Part shown: positions 41,239-52,733 of the stretch, piece after piece
How the letters are laid out: every line of letters begins with the position of its first letter
How positions within the stretch are numbered: position 1 is the stretch's first letter
Source: an uncultured Deinococcaceae bacterium
GTDB lineage: Bacteria > Deinococcota > Deinococci > Deinococcales > Deinococcaceae
Length of the DNA: 64,000 nucleotides
Assembly: GCA_964252075.1 (NCBI GenBank)
Contig: CAXULY010000009.1
Location: forward strand, 1-64,000
Reading direction: 5' to 3'
Program-made: the position numbers and the translations under genes
Notes under the pieces: generated by a model
Seen by the model: the letters and a program-made list of their open reading frames with translations, nothing else
Told to the model about the DNA's origin: nothing
Databases searched by the model: none

Positions 41239-41356
41239 GTACGCCCTGTACGTGATCGTGGTGTACGCGGCGACCTTCGGGGTGCTGGTCGCGTACCTGT
41301 GGTACCTGTTCCGGCGCCTGCGGCAGGAGCTGGCGGCCCGCAAGGACGGCGAATGA
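41231..41356 (+). CDS. ccmD: CcmD
   Basis: Small single-TM protein with a charged tail between ccmC and ccmE. Confidence 0.8.
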   Translation: MDKYALYVIVVYAATFGVLVAYLWYLFRRLRQELAARKDGE

Positions 41357-41811
41357 CGACGCACGCGCCGCTGCCCACCGCGCGCCGCCGCCGCCGCAAC
41401 CCGCTGCCGTACGTGCTGGCGCTCGTGGCGCTCGCGGCGGTGGTGGGCGTGCTGCTGTACGGCAGCCTGCAGAAGAGCCTGGAGTTCTTCGTGACGCCCA
41501 GCGAGTACCAGGCGCAGCAGACGAACCTCGCGGGGCGCTCCCTGCGCCTGGGCGGCCTCGTGAAGGGCGAGCGGTACGACCCCGCCAGCCTGCAGCTGCG
41601 CTTCACCATCACGGACGGCAGCGCGAGCTACCCGGTGATGTACAAGGGCGCCGTGCCGGACCTCTTCAAGGAGAACCAGGGCGTCGTGGTGCGCGGGCAT
41701 TTCGATGGGGGCACCTTCGTGGGGCAGGAACTGCTCGTGAAGCACAGCGAGGAGTACCACCCGCCGCAGACGCCCGGTGACGTGAAGAAACTGCTGGAGG
41801 ACACCAAGTAA
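41353..41811 (+). CDS. ccmE: Heme chaperone CcmE
   Basis: [17 protein letters not shown] (HxxxY). Confidence 0.93.
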   Translation: MTTHAPLPTARRRRRNPLPYVLALVALAAVVGVLLYGSLQKSLEFFVTPSEYQAQQTNLAGRSLRLGGLVKGERYDPASLQLRFTITDGSASYPVMYKGAVPDLFKENQGVVVRGHFDGGTFVGQELLVKHSEEYHPPQTPGDVKKLLEDTK

Positions 41812-41813
41812 CC

Positions 41814-43784
<1,971 letters not shown>

Positions 43785-43814
43785 AGTGACCGGACCTTCC
43801 GTGGAGATGCTGCC

Positions 43815-44381
43815 ATGAGTCAAGTTCAATCCAAGACCCCTGCCGCCCCCGCGCGGCGCTCCCCGCTGCGCTTCCTGCCGCCCATCCTGGCGGCCCTGCT
43901 GGTCGCCGTGCTGGCCTACGCCCTGCTCAAGCCGCAAGGCGGTGACCCGGGCGGCCCGCTGGTCGGGAAGGCTGCGCCGAACTTCACCCTCGGAATGCTG
44001 GACGGCGGTCAGCTGAGCCTCACGGGCCTGCGGGGCCGCCCGGTCGTCGTGAACTTCTGGGCGTCGTGGTGCCTCCCGTGCCGCGACGAGGCGCCGCTGC
44101 TCTCGAAGCTCTCGGGGCAGCAGCGCGCGGGCGGCCTCGCGGTGGTGGGCGTGCTGTTCCAGGACAAGACGGCGGACGCCAAGCGCTTCGTGGCGGAGCA
44201 GGGCCTCGCGTTCCCCAGCCTGCTCGACCCCAGTTCCGACACCGCCATCAATTACGGCGTGTCCGCCGTGCCGGAGACCTTCTTCATCGACGCGCAGGGC
44301 GTGGTGCGCGCGCACGTGCGTCAGGCCATGACGCCCGACATCCTGAAGGCGAACCTCGCGAAGATCGGGGTGGGGGATTAA
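43815..44381 (+). CDS. ccmG: Thiol-disulfide oxidoreductase CcmG/DsbE (TlpA-like)
   Basis: [18 protein letters not shown]. Confidence 0.85.
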   Translation: MSQVQSKTPAAPARRSPLRFLPPILAALLVAVLAYALLKPQGGDPGGPLVGKAAPNFTLGMLDGGQLSLTGLRGRPVVVNFWASWCLPCRDEAPLLSKLSGQQRAGGLAVVGVLFQDKTADAKRFVAEQGLAFPSLLDPSSDTAINYGVSAVPETFFIDAQGVVRAHVRQAMTPDILKANLAKIGVGD

Positions 44382-44397
44382 GACGCTGCGTGCCCTC

Positions 44398-44832
44398 GTG
44401 GTGCTGCTCGCCCTGACCCTCACCCTGGCGGGCGCCGCGCCGGCGCTCACCGAGGCGCAGCAGGCGCAGGCGGCGCGCATCGAGCAGGGCCTGCGCTGCC
44501 CGGTGTGCTCGGGTGAATCGGTGTACGACAGCCGCGCGCAGATCTCCACGAACATCCGCGATGAGGTCGCGGCGCAGGTCGTGCAGGGCCACAGCGACGC
44601 GGACATCTACGCGTACTTCCAGCGCCGCTTCGGGGACAGCATCCTGATGCAGCCGCCCGTGCGGGGCGTGAACCTGTGGCTGTGGGGGCTGCCCGTGGCG
44701 GTGGTCGTGGTGGGCGGCGTGTGGCTGCTGGCGTTCCTGCGCGGTCGCCGCCGCGAGCCGGAGCCCACCGCCGATCCGGCGCTGCTGGCGCGCGTGGACG
44801 CCGAACTGCGCGCCCGCCGGGGTGAGGGGTGA
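44398..44832 (+). CDS. ccmH: CcmH
   Basis: LRCPVC motif; C-terminal TM helix. Confidence 0.88.
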   Translation: MVLLALTLTLAGAAPALTEAQQAQAARIEQGLRCPVCSGESVYDSRAQISTNIRDEVAAQVVQGHSDADIYAYFQRRFGDSILMQPPVRGVNLWLWGLPVAVVVVGGVWLLAFLRGRRREPEPTADPALLARVDAELRARRGEG

Positions 44833-45857
44833 GCGTCGTCGCGCTGGTGCTGCTGGTGGCGCTCGCGCTGGTGGGCCTGCTGCTGGCCCTCACGCCCCTG
44901 CGGGCGCCCGCCTCGCCCGCCACGGATGACCGGCAGGGCGCGCTGGAGGAGGAGCGCGAGGCGCTGCTGCGCGCCCTCGCGGAACTGGACGCCGAGCGCG
45001 GCGAGGACGCCGAGCGCGAGCGGGCCCGCCTGCGCGCCCGCACCGCGCGGGTGCTGGCGCAGCTGGACACGCTGGAGCCGCGCCCCGTGAGCGCGCGGCG
45101 GCCCCTCGCGCCCGCGCTGGTCGGGGTGGGTGTGGCGCTGCTGATCACGCTGGCGGGCGCCTTCACCTTCGTTCCGCGCTGGCAGCTCGCGGCGCTCGCG
45201 CCGGACGAGGCGAAGGCCGTGACGAGCGTGGTGCAGTTGCCCGCGCTGGCGAGCCGCGCGGCGCGCAGCGGCAACGAGGCGGACCAGCTCGCGCTGGCGC
45301 GCGCGGCCTTCACCGCCGGGCGGTACGACGACGCGGCGGGCGCGTACAGCAACGTGCTGCGCGCCAACCCCCGGCAGCCGGAGGCGCTGCGCCGCGTGGG
45401 CCTGATCCTGCTGTCGCAGGGCGAGAAGGCCACCGAGGCTGCGCAGCTCATTCAGGCGTCCGCGCAGCTCGCGCCGCAGGACCCGGAAGGTCAGCTGTAC
45501 CTGGGCTTCGCGCTCGCGCGCTTCGGTGAGGACGCGCGCGCCCTGCAGGCCCTCACGCGCTACCAGCAGCTCAAACCGCAGGGCGGTGAGGCCGACGAGC
45601 TGATCGCGCAGCTGCGCAGCCGCTCCCAGCCCGTGAGCGCGGGGCAGCGCGTGTACGCCGCGAACTGCGCGTCCTGCCACGGCCCGGCGGGCGCGGGCGG
45701 CATCGGGCCGAGCCTGCGGGACAACGGCCTGAGCCGCGAGGCGATGGCGGCCATCATCCGGGGCGGCAAGGGCACCATGCCCGCCTACCCGAACCTGCCC
45801 GAGCGTGACCTGAACGCCCTGCTGGACCTCATCGCGGGCTGGCAGAAGGGCCAGTAG
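44829..45857 (+). CDS. CcmI-like TPR protein fused to a C-terminal c-type cytochrome
   Basis: Two TM helices, TPR repeats, CASCH and GTMPAY. Confidence 0.8.
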   Translation: MSVVALVLLVALALVGLLLALTPLRAPASPATDDRQGALEEEREALLRALAELDAERGEDAERERARLRARTARVLAQLDTLEPRPVSARRPLAPALVGVGVALLITLAGAFTFVPRWQLAALAPDEAKAVTSVVQLPALASRAARSGNEADQLALARAAFTAGRYDDAAGAYSNVLRANPRQPEALRRVGLILLSQGEKATEAAQLIQASAQLAPQDPEGQLYLGFALARFGEDARALQALTRYQQLKPQGGEADELIAQLRSRSQPVSAGQRVYAANCASCHGPAGAGGIGPSLRDNGLSREAMAAIIRGGKGTMPAYPNLPERDLNALLDLIAGWQKGQ

Positions 45858-45858
45858 C

Positions 45859-46416
45859 GTGGCGGGGATGCCGGGCGTCACGCGCCGCCGCCTGCTGGAG
45901 TTCTGGTGGGCGCTGCCCGTCACGGCGACCGTGGGCGCGCTGGGGTACATGGGGTTCTACGCGGCGCGCGTCACGTTCGGGAAGCGCGCCGCGCGCGCCC
46001 CGGACTACCAGACGAAACCGCCGGAGCGGGTGGCGCGACCGGAGCAGCTGGGCGCCGACTGGTCGAGCCTGAACTTCACGTTCGCGGGCACGCCGTGCGT
46101 GCTGCTGCGCCTCCCCTCCCCCGCGCCGCACAGCCTGACGCTGGCGGGGCGGCATTACGCGGCGTACTCGCGGGTGTGCACGCACCTGGGGTGCGCCGTG
46201 AACGTACAGCGGGACCTGGACGTGGTGGCGTTCAGCTTCAATTACCGCGCGGACCACCCCATGCTGGGCTGCCCGTGTCACTTCAGCCTGTTCGATCCCC
46301 TCAAGGACGGCGACGTGGCGATCGGGAAGGCGCTGTACCCGCTGCCGCGCGTGCGGCTGGAGGCGCGCGCGGGCGCGCTGTTCGCGACGGGCCTGGAGGC
46401 GCCCCCCCGGGCGTGA
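45859..46416 (+). CDS. Rieske 2Fe-2S protein (Tat-like signal)
   Basis: TRRRLL; CTHLGC; CPCHFS. Confidence 0.9.
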   Translation: MAGMPGVTRRRLLEFWWALPVTATVGALGYMGFYAARVTFGKRAARAPDYQTKPPERVARPEQLGADWSSLNFTFAGTPCVLLRLPSPAPHSLTLAGRHYAAYSRVCTHLGCAVNVQRDLDVVAFSFNYRADHPMLGCPCHFSLFDPLKDGDVAIGKALYPLPRVRLEARAGALFATGLEAPPRA

Positions 46417-46904
46417 CGGCGCTGGAGGTGCGCGTCGCGGCGGGTGAGCTGCCGCGCTGTTCGGCGCTCCTGCAGGAGAGCGCGCGCTGGGCGGCCCGGC
46501 GCGGCATGGCGCTGTGGGACGAGGCGAGCCTGACGGTGGAGGCCCTCACGGCGGTGTATGACCCCAGCGAGTTCCGGCTGGGCTGGCTGGACGGCGAGCC
46601 CGTCGCCACGATGGTCCTGCAGCGCGAGGACCGCCTCTTCTGGCCGGACGCCGCGCCCGGCGAGGCGCTGTACCTGCACAAGCTCGCCGTCAGCCGCGCG
46701 CACGCCGGGCGGCATCTGGCGCGGGGCATGCTGGCCGCAGCGCTGCAGGAGGTGCGGGCGGTGGGTCGCCCGTACCTGCGGCTGGACACCGCCGCCGACC
46801 GCCCGAAGCTGCGGGGGCTGTACGAGGATTTCGGTTTTCAGTCGTGCGGCGAACGCCTGGTGGGCGAGCACCGGGTCGTGCTGTACGAACGGGCGAGCGG
46901 CTGA
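46413..46904 (+). CDS. GNAT acetyltransferase
   Basis: LHKLAV..HAGRHLA, LRLDT, LYEDFGF. Confidence 0.85.
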   Translation: MTALEVRVAAGELPRCSALLQESARWAARRGMALWDEASLTVEALTAVYDPSEFRLGWLDGEPVATMVLQREDRLFWPDAAPGEALYLHKLAVSRAHAGRHLARGMLAAALQEVRAVGRPYLRLDTAADRPKLRGLYEDFGFQSCGERLVGEHRVVLYERASG

Positions 46905-46911
46905 CCCACCA

Positions 46912-47778
46912 TCACGTCAGGGACCGCACCCAGGTCGCCCACATGGGTTCCACCTCGAAACCCATGCGGGCGTTCACGCGCAGGGTGGGGAGGTGCAGGA
47001 GCGTGCCCCCGGTGCTGGCGCGCTCGTGGCCCGCAGCGCGCGCCCACTGCAGGCTGTGCGCCGTGAGGAGGGTCGCCACGCCGCGCCCACGCCACGCGGG
47101 GGTGACGGCGGTGAACTCCAGCTCCACCGCCCTTCCGTTCACGCTCAGCCATGCGAAGGCGATGGGCTGCGCCCGCGCCACGGCGACGAACACCTGCCCC
47201 CGGGTCAGCGCGGCCTGGAAGGCCGCGGGGTCCTGCGGGTCCGGGGTGGTCGTGGGGTTGCGCGGCGTGTCGCGCCGTCCCTCCTCGTACAGACGGTGCA
47301 GGGCGGGCCAGGGGAGCGGTTCCTCCGGGCCGGTCACCTCCACGCCCGCCAGGAACAGGCGCTCCTCCAGCGCCGCGAAGCGCGAGGGGTCGAAGGTGCC
47401 CAGGTTCAGGTGGGCGCCCCAGGACTGGTGGGCGTTGCGGAAGCCCGCGGCGGCCAGGAAGTGCATCTGCGGGCCGTGGTCTTCACGCACGACGCTGTGC
47501 AGGGCGGCCGTGTCGGCGGGAAGACGCGCGAGCAGCGCGGTGAGCAGCGGCGTGAAGTGCGCGGGGTCCCCGGCGAGCTGCAGGCGCTCGTGGTCGGGCG
47601 CGACCGGACCCACGCGCCAGTGCCACACGCCCGCCCGGACGGCGCCGCCCTCCTCGGCCACGAGGCAGGGCGTGCGGCGCCGCGCGAGGGTGGCGGCCGT
47701 GACGGGGAACTGCCCGAGGGAGGCGGCGGTCTGCAGCGCGGCGAGCCGCTCCCCGTCGCGCGCTTCGGCGGGCCGCAC
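46912..47778 (-). CDS. Tandem-domain GNAT acetyltransferase
   Basis: TAVTPAWRGRGVA, VNARMGF. Confidence 0.82.
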   Translation of the reverse strand: MRPAEARDGERLAALQTAASLGQFPVTAATLARRRTPCLVAEEGGAVRAGVWHWRVGPVAPDHERLQLAGDPAHFTPLLTALLARLPADTAALHSVVREDHGPQMHFLAAAGFRNAHQSWGAHLNLGTFDPSRFAALEERLFLAGVEVTGPEEPLPWPALHRLYEEGRRDTPRNPTTTPDPQDPAAFQAALTRGQVFVAVARAQPIAFAWLSVNGRAVELEFTAVTPAWRGRGVATLLTAHSLQWARAAGHERASTGGTLLHLPTLRVNARMGFEVEPMWATWVRSLT

Positions 47779-47780
47779 CT

Positions 47781-48653
47781 TCAGGGGCGCTCCCGCCCGT
47801 AGGCGATCCAGTCCGGCTCAATGGTGGCGCCCAGGCGGCGCAGCACGCCCAGGTAGGCGCGGTCGGCCTTCACGCCCGCGGTGTTCAGGAAGCCGAAGTG
47901 CAGGTCCCGCAGGGCGCCGCACACGCGCGCCTGCAGGGCCGTCCCGATGCCGCGCCGCCGCCAGTCCCGCCGCACGCCCAGCACCGCGTTCCAGGCGCCG
48001 AGGCGCGCGCGTTCCGGCACCGCGAGGCCGATGGGCTGGCCCGCCTGCACCGCCACGAAACCCGCCGTCCACAGCTGGTCCGGGTCGTGCAGCGCCGGGC
48101 TGGCCGGGGGGATGGTGGGTGGGGCGGTCACCTTGTCGGCGGCGAGTGTGGCGTAGAGGGCGGACAGGCGCGGGTCGTCGCGCCACGGCTGGGCGGGCTG
48201 GATGGTCACGCCAGGAGGCGCGGGGCGGCCCTCGACCGCTGCCCCTTCGGGGTCGAGAAAGAAACCGCCGCCGAAGGTGCGGTGCACCTCCCGGAAGCCC
48301 AGCACGGTGAGGTCGGGCGCGGTGCCCAGGTAGTCCTCGCGCACGCTGGTCCACAGCTGGCGGATGGTGGCAGGCAGGGGGGCGACCAGGGCGTTCAGCA
48401 GGCGCCGTGCGCCGTCCGCCTGGCGGTGGTCGGGGTGCAGGTGCAGGCCGATCCAGGCGCGGTCCGGATCGAAGTCGAGCCGCCTGCGGGTGCCGAAGCC
48501 GATCACCTCGCCCGCGTCCTCCAGGACGAGGTGGCCGGAGAGGTCCGCGTGGGCGAGGCGCGCGGCGGTGGTGTGGAAGTGCGGTTCCTGGGTGGCGTTG
48601 TGCAGCAGGGCGAGGGTGGGGAGGTCGGCGGGTTCGGGTGGGCGGGTGAGCAT
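47781..48653 (-). CDS. Tandem-domain GNAT acetyltransferase (paralogue of the downstream gene)
   Basis: WRRRGIGTAL; shared SVRED motif; GGAGG RBS before ATG 48653. Confidence 0.8.
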   Translation of the reverse strand: MLTRPPEPADLPTLALLHNATQEPHFHTTAARLAHADLSGHLVLEDAGEVIGFGTRRRLDFDPDRAWIGLHLHPDHRQADGARRLLNALVAPLPATIRQLWTSVREDYLGTAPDLTVLGFREVHRTFGGGFFLDPEGAAVEGRPAPPGVTIQPAQPWRDDPRLSALYATLAADKVTAPPTIPPASPALHDPDQLWTAGFVAVQAGQPIGLAVPERARLGAWNAVLGVRRDWRRRGIGTALQARVCGALRDLHFGFLNTAGVKADRAYLGVLRRLGATIEPDWIAYGRERP

Positions 48654-48791
48654 GGGTGGGCCTCCGGTGGGCCCAGCGCGCTGGAACGGCTTCAGGTTAG
48701 GCATGGCGGGTGTGGCCGTCAAAGTGGGTGACCTCTGCCAGATGGCCTAGGGAGAACATGCAGCAATTCAGCAGAGAATCACATTCTCAGA

Positions 48792-48808
48792 ATATGTTCG
48801 GAGCGTAA
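48792..48808 (-). promoter_or_regulatory. RDRM-like (DdrO) operator overlapping a TATTCT -10
   Basis: ATATGTT-CGG-AGCGTAA 17-mer versus the RDRM-type TTATGTT-N3-AACGTAA. Confidence 0.65.
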
Positions 48809-48912
48809 TCTGTTTGTACCGGAATGGGAGCGCCAATGTGGCGCTCGTCGTCGAATTTCGGATGAACCTCGACCCCGAGAAGCACGCCCGCCCTGCTGGC
48901 GGGCGATCGCTT

Positions 48913-50019
48913 TTACCCCACCAGCCGCTCCCCCGCCACCCACACGTCCTGCACGCGCAGGTCGCGGTCCAGCGCCACCACATCCGCGCGCAGGCCGGGA
49001 CCCAGCGCCCCCCGGTCCGTCAGCCCCACATAGCGCGCCGGGTGCAGGCTCACGAGCCGCGACGCCTCCGGTAAGCTCAGGCCCGCCGCGACCGCGTTGC
49101 GCAGCGCCACATCCAGGGTCAGCACGCTCCCCGCGAGACCACCACTCGCCAGACGCGCCGCGCCGTTGCGCACGTACGTCGGCTGCCCGCCCAGGTCGTA
49201 GGTGCCGTCCGGCATGCCCGCCGCGCGCGTGGCGTCCGTGATGAGCAGCAGGCGCTCCGGCTTCGCGTGGAAGGCCGTCAGGAAACTCCCCGCGTGCACG
49301 TGATGGCCGTCCAGAATCAGCTCCGCCCACGCCTCCGGGTGGGCGAGCAGAGCGCCCGCCACGCCCGGCTCACGGCTGGTGAGGCCGCCCATGGCGTTGA
49401 ACAGGTGCGTGCCGCCCAGCTCACCGCCCGCCGCGCGCACCACCTGCAGTGCCGCGAGCGCCTGGTCGTAGTCCGCCGCCGTGTGCCCCAGGCTGACGCG
49501 CACGCCCGCCCGCGCGAAGCGCTCGGCGGCCTCGAGCCCGCCGGGCAGTTCCGGCGCCAGCGTCACCACCCGCACCACGTCCACCTCCAGCACCTCATCG
49601 ACCCGATCGGGCGTGGGCAGCACCGTGAAGGGCGGCTGCGCGCCCAGCCGCTCCGGGTTGATGAACGGCCCCTCCAGATGCACGCCCGGCAGGTCGGGCA
49701 GGCCCGGCCCGCGCACCTCCCGCACGCCCCGCAGGGCCGCCATCACCTGCGGCCAGGGGTTCGTTATGGTGGTCGGCAGGAGGGTGGTGGTGCCGTGCGC
49801 GCCGTGGAAGCGCGCGAGGGTCCGCACGCCCTCCGGGCCGTCCATGGTGTCCCCCCCGCCGCCGCCGTGCACGTGCACGTCCACGAAGCCGGGGAGCAGC
49901 AGGCGGTCCGTGGGCGCCTGCGCGTCGGGCACGATGTCGGCGATCAGGCCGCCCTCCACGACGAGGCGGGCGGGCGTGAGGCCGTTCGGGGTGAGCACCA
50001 GACCGGTCAGTTCGGGCAT
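48913..50019 (-). CDS. nagA: N-acetylglucosamine-6-phosphate deacetylase
   Basis: PGFVDVHVHG, HLEGPF, TLAPE, THLFNAM, LAGS. Confidence 0.95.
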   Translation of the reverse strand: MPELTGLVLTPNGLTPARLVVEGGLIADIVPDAQAPTDRLLLPGFVDVHVHGGGGGDTMDGPEGVRTLARFHGAHGTTTLLPTTITNPWPQVMAALRGVREVRGPGLPDLPGVHLEGPFINPERLGAQPPFTVLPTPDRVDEVLEVDVVRVVTLAPELPGGLEAAERFARAGVRVSLGHTAADYDQALAALQVVRAAGGELGGTHLFNAMGGLTSREPGVAGALLAHPEAWAELILDGHHVHAGSFLTAFHAKPERLLLITDATRAAGMPDGTYDLGGQPTYVRNGAARLASGGLAGSVLTLDVALRNAVAAGLSLPEASRLVSLHPARYVGLTDRGALGPGLRADVVALDRDLRVQDVWVAGERLVG

Positions 50020-50062
50020 GGGCCTCACTTTAAGCCCCCGCGGGCCGCGCCGTGCGGCGCCC

Positions 50063-50974
50063 TCACCCGCGCAGGTGCTCCAGGGCCAGGCGCGCCGCCG
50101 CCCGCTCGTGCGGGACATCCCGCACCTCCAGCGGCACGCCGGGCAGCGCTTCGGCGCACGCCTGGGCCACGCGCGGGTGCGCCCGCAGGGCCCCTCCGGC
50201 CAGTGCCACCGCCAGGGGCCCCGTGCGCCGCAGGAGCGTGCCCGCCAGCGCCGCGAGGTCCCGCCCGGCCCCCTCCAGGATGGCGACGGCGCCCGGGTCG
50301 CCCGCCCGCGCGGCCTCCCCCACCAGCGGGGCCAGCGCCGCGATGGCGGCGCGCCCACCACCGTAGGCGTAGGCCCTCAGCGTCGGCCAGTCCCGCCCGC
50401 CCGCCGCCGCGAAGACCCGTTCGGCCAGCGGCCCCCGCGCGGCCTCCCCCACGCCGTCCGCATGAAGGAGGAGGTGACGCAGGGCCGCGCGCCCGATGGC
50501 GAAGCCGCCGCCCTCGTCGCCCAGCAGCGGCCCGTACCCACCCGCGCGCAGAACCCCACCCTGCGGCGTCAGGTGGTAGGCGATGGCGCCCGTCCCGGCG
50601 TACACCAGCACGCCCGCGCCCGGCGGGAAGTGCGCGAGGTACGCGAGGTCCAGGTCGCCCTCGACCCGCACCTGCGCGGGACCCAGCTGCAGGGCCGCCG
50701 CCAGGGTGTCGCTCACCACGGCCGCCTCCGCCGACCCCGCGCTGAGGCCCGTCACGCCGACCCACGCCGCCCGCACCCCGAAGGGCGTCGCCAGGTCCGC
50801 CACCTCAGCGAGGGCCGCGAGGGCCGCCCCGCGCCGCTCGCCCGCAAGGTCCAGGCCGCTCACGGGCGCCACGCGGCCCTCCGCCCGCACGTGCCCGCGG
50901 TCGTCCATCACGCACCACTTGCTGCTCGAGGCGCCGCAATCCAGGCCGAGCGCCGCCGCCCATTCATTGCCCAC
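50063..50974 (-). CDS. BadF/BadG-type N-acetylglucosamine/MurNAc kinase
   Basis: LGLDCGASSSK, YAGTGAI, GGYGPLLGDEGGG; leaderless TAGAGT box. Confidence 0.85.
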   Translation of the reverse strand: MGNEWAAALGLDCGASSSKWCVMDDRGHVRAEGRVAPVSGLDLAGERRGAALAALAEVADLATPFGVRAAWVGVTGLSAGSAEAAVVSDTLAAALQLGPAQVRVEGDLDLAYLAHFPPGAGVLVYAGTGAIAYHLTPQGGVLRAGGYGPLLGDEGGGFAIGRAALRHLLLHADGVGEAARGPLAERVFAAAGGRDWPTLRAYAYGGGRAAIAALAPLVGEAARAGDPGAVAILEGAGRDLAALAGTLLRRTGPLAVALAGGALRAHPRVAQACAEALPGVPLEVRDVPHERAAARLALEHLRG

Positions 50975-51035
50975 GCCCTCCACTCTACGGCCCCGCGCCC
51001 AAATTGGTCTGCAAGTGGTAATATTCCTGCAGCGC

Positions 51036-51767
51036 ATGACCCGGCACGCTGCCCACTTCCGTCCCAGCGGCAACACGCCGCTGTACCTGCAACTGGAAAG
51101 CTCCCTGCGTGACGCCCTCGCGCACGGCCGCTTCCGCCCCGGCGAGGCCCTGCCCGCCGAACGCGAGTTCGCGCGCGACCTCGGCGTTTCGCGCATCACG
51201 CTGCGCCGCGCCCTGGAACGCCTCGAAACCCTCGGGCTGGTCGTGCGCCGACACGGTTCCGGCACCTTCGTTGCGCAACGCGTCGAGCAGTCCCTGACCG
51301 GCCTCACCAGCTTCACCGAGGACCTCCGCGCGCGCGGCCGCCTGCCCGGCGTGCACTGGACGGAACGCCGACTCGTGACCGCCAGCGCCGAAGAAGCGCT
51401 CGCCCTGGGCCTCGGCCCGCAGGCGCAGGTGGCGCGCCTGGAACGCGTGCGCCTCGCGGACGGCGAACCCCTCGCGCTGGAACGCGCCGTTCTCTCCGCG
51501 CAGCACCTGCCCGACCCGCAGGACGTCACGGACTCCCTGTACAGCCACCTGCAGCGCCGCGGCCTGCGCCCCGAGCGCGCCGTGCAGCGCCTGCGCGCCG
51601 CCGCCGCCGCACCTCGCGAGGCCGAACTGCTTTCCATCGCGCCCGGCGCGCCCGTCCTGTCCATCGAGCGCCTGAGCTTCCTGCCGGGCGGCGCCGTGCT
51701 GGAATTCACCCGCTCGCATTACCGCGGTGACCGCTACGACTTCGTGGCGGAACTGCACGCCCCCTGA
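51036..51767 (+). CDS. GntR/HutC (UTRA) regulator, NagR/NagQ-like
   Basis: PLYLQL, LPAERE, VSRITLR, GSGTFV, YRGDRY. Confidence 0.9.
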   Translation: MTRHAAHFRPSGNTPLYLQLESSLRDALAHGRFRPGEALPAEREFARDLGVSRITLRRALERLETLGLVVRRHGSGTFVAQRVEQSLTGLTSFTEDLRARGRLPGVHWTERRLVTASAEEALALGLGPQAQVARLERVRLADGEPLALERAVLSAQHLPDPQDVTDSLYSHLQRRGLRPERAVQRLRAAAAAPREAELLSIAPGAPVLSIERLSFLPGGAVLEFTRSHYRGDRYDFVAELHAP

Positions 51768-51786
51768 CCCCACCGAGGCCCCGCCC

Positions 51787-52686
51787 ATGACCACACCCAC
51801 CGACCCCCGCCCCACCGAGAACATCCACCCGCAGCACGCGGACCTCGACCGCCAGCCCACCACAGGCGTCCTGCGCGCCCTCATCAGCGACCAGGAGCAC
51901 GCCGTGCAGGCCGCCATGGCCGCCGTGGACGCCCTCGCGCTCGCCGCCGACGCCGCCAGCGAACGCCTGCGCCGCGGCGGGCGCCTCGTGTACGTCGGCG
52001 CGGGCACCAGCGGGCGGCTCGGCACGCTCGATGCCACCGAACTCGGCCCCACCTTCTCCTGGCCACCCGAACGCGCCCTGAACGTCATCGCGGGCGGACC
52101 CACCGCCCTCGTGAGCGCCGTCGAGGGCGCGGAGGACGACCCGGAAGCGGCGCGCCGCGACCTCAGCGCCCTGCACCTCACCCCGGACGACGTCGTAATC
52201 GGCGTCGCGGCCAGCGGCACCACCCCCTACACCCTCGCCGCGCTGGACGCCGCGCGCGCCGCCGGGGCCCTCACGGTCGGCATTGCGAACAACCCAGGCA
52301 CGCCGCTGCTCTCCGCCGCGGACATCGCGGTGCTGCTCGACACCGGCCCGGAAGTCATCTCGGGCAGCACCCGCCTCAAAGCGGGCACTGCGCAGAAAAT
52401 TGCACTGAACGCCCTGTCGAGCGCCATCATGGTGCGGCTCGGCAAGGTGTACGGCAACCTCATGGTGGACCTGCGCGCCACCAACGCCAAACTGGAAGGC
52501 CGCGCGCTGCGCCTCGTCATGGCCGCCACCGGTCAGGACGCTGAGGCCGCCCAGCGCGCCCTCACCGCCAGCGGCGGGAGCGTCAAGACCGCCATGGTGA
52601 TGCTGCGCCTCGGCGTGAGCCACCCCGACGCACAGGCGCGCCTGAACGCCGCGCGCGGCGACGCTCGCACCGCCCTCGGCGAATAA
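51787..52686 (+). CDS. murQ: N-acetylmuramic acid 6-phosphate etherase
   Basis: GAGTSGRLG, GPEVISGSTRLKAGTAQK, GKVYGNLMVD. Confidence 0.95.
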   Translation: MTTPTDPRPTENIHPQHADLDRQPTTGVLRALISDQEHAVQAAMAAVDALALAADAASERLRRGGRLVYVGAGTSGRLGTLDATELGPTFSWPPERALNVIAGGPTALVSAVEGAEDDPEAARRDLSALHLTPDDVVIGVAASGTTPYTLAALDAARAAGALTVGIANNPGTPLLSAADIAVLLDTGPEVISGSTRLKAGTAQKIALNALSSAIMVRLGKVYGNLMVDLRATNAKLEGRALRLVMAATGQDAEAAQRALTASGGSVKTAMVMLRLGVSHPDAQARLNAARGDARTALGE

Positions 52687-52733
52687 GAAAAAGGGCAGGC
52701 GACACCGCCTGCCCCTCCCATAACTGCAAGGAT

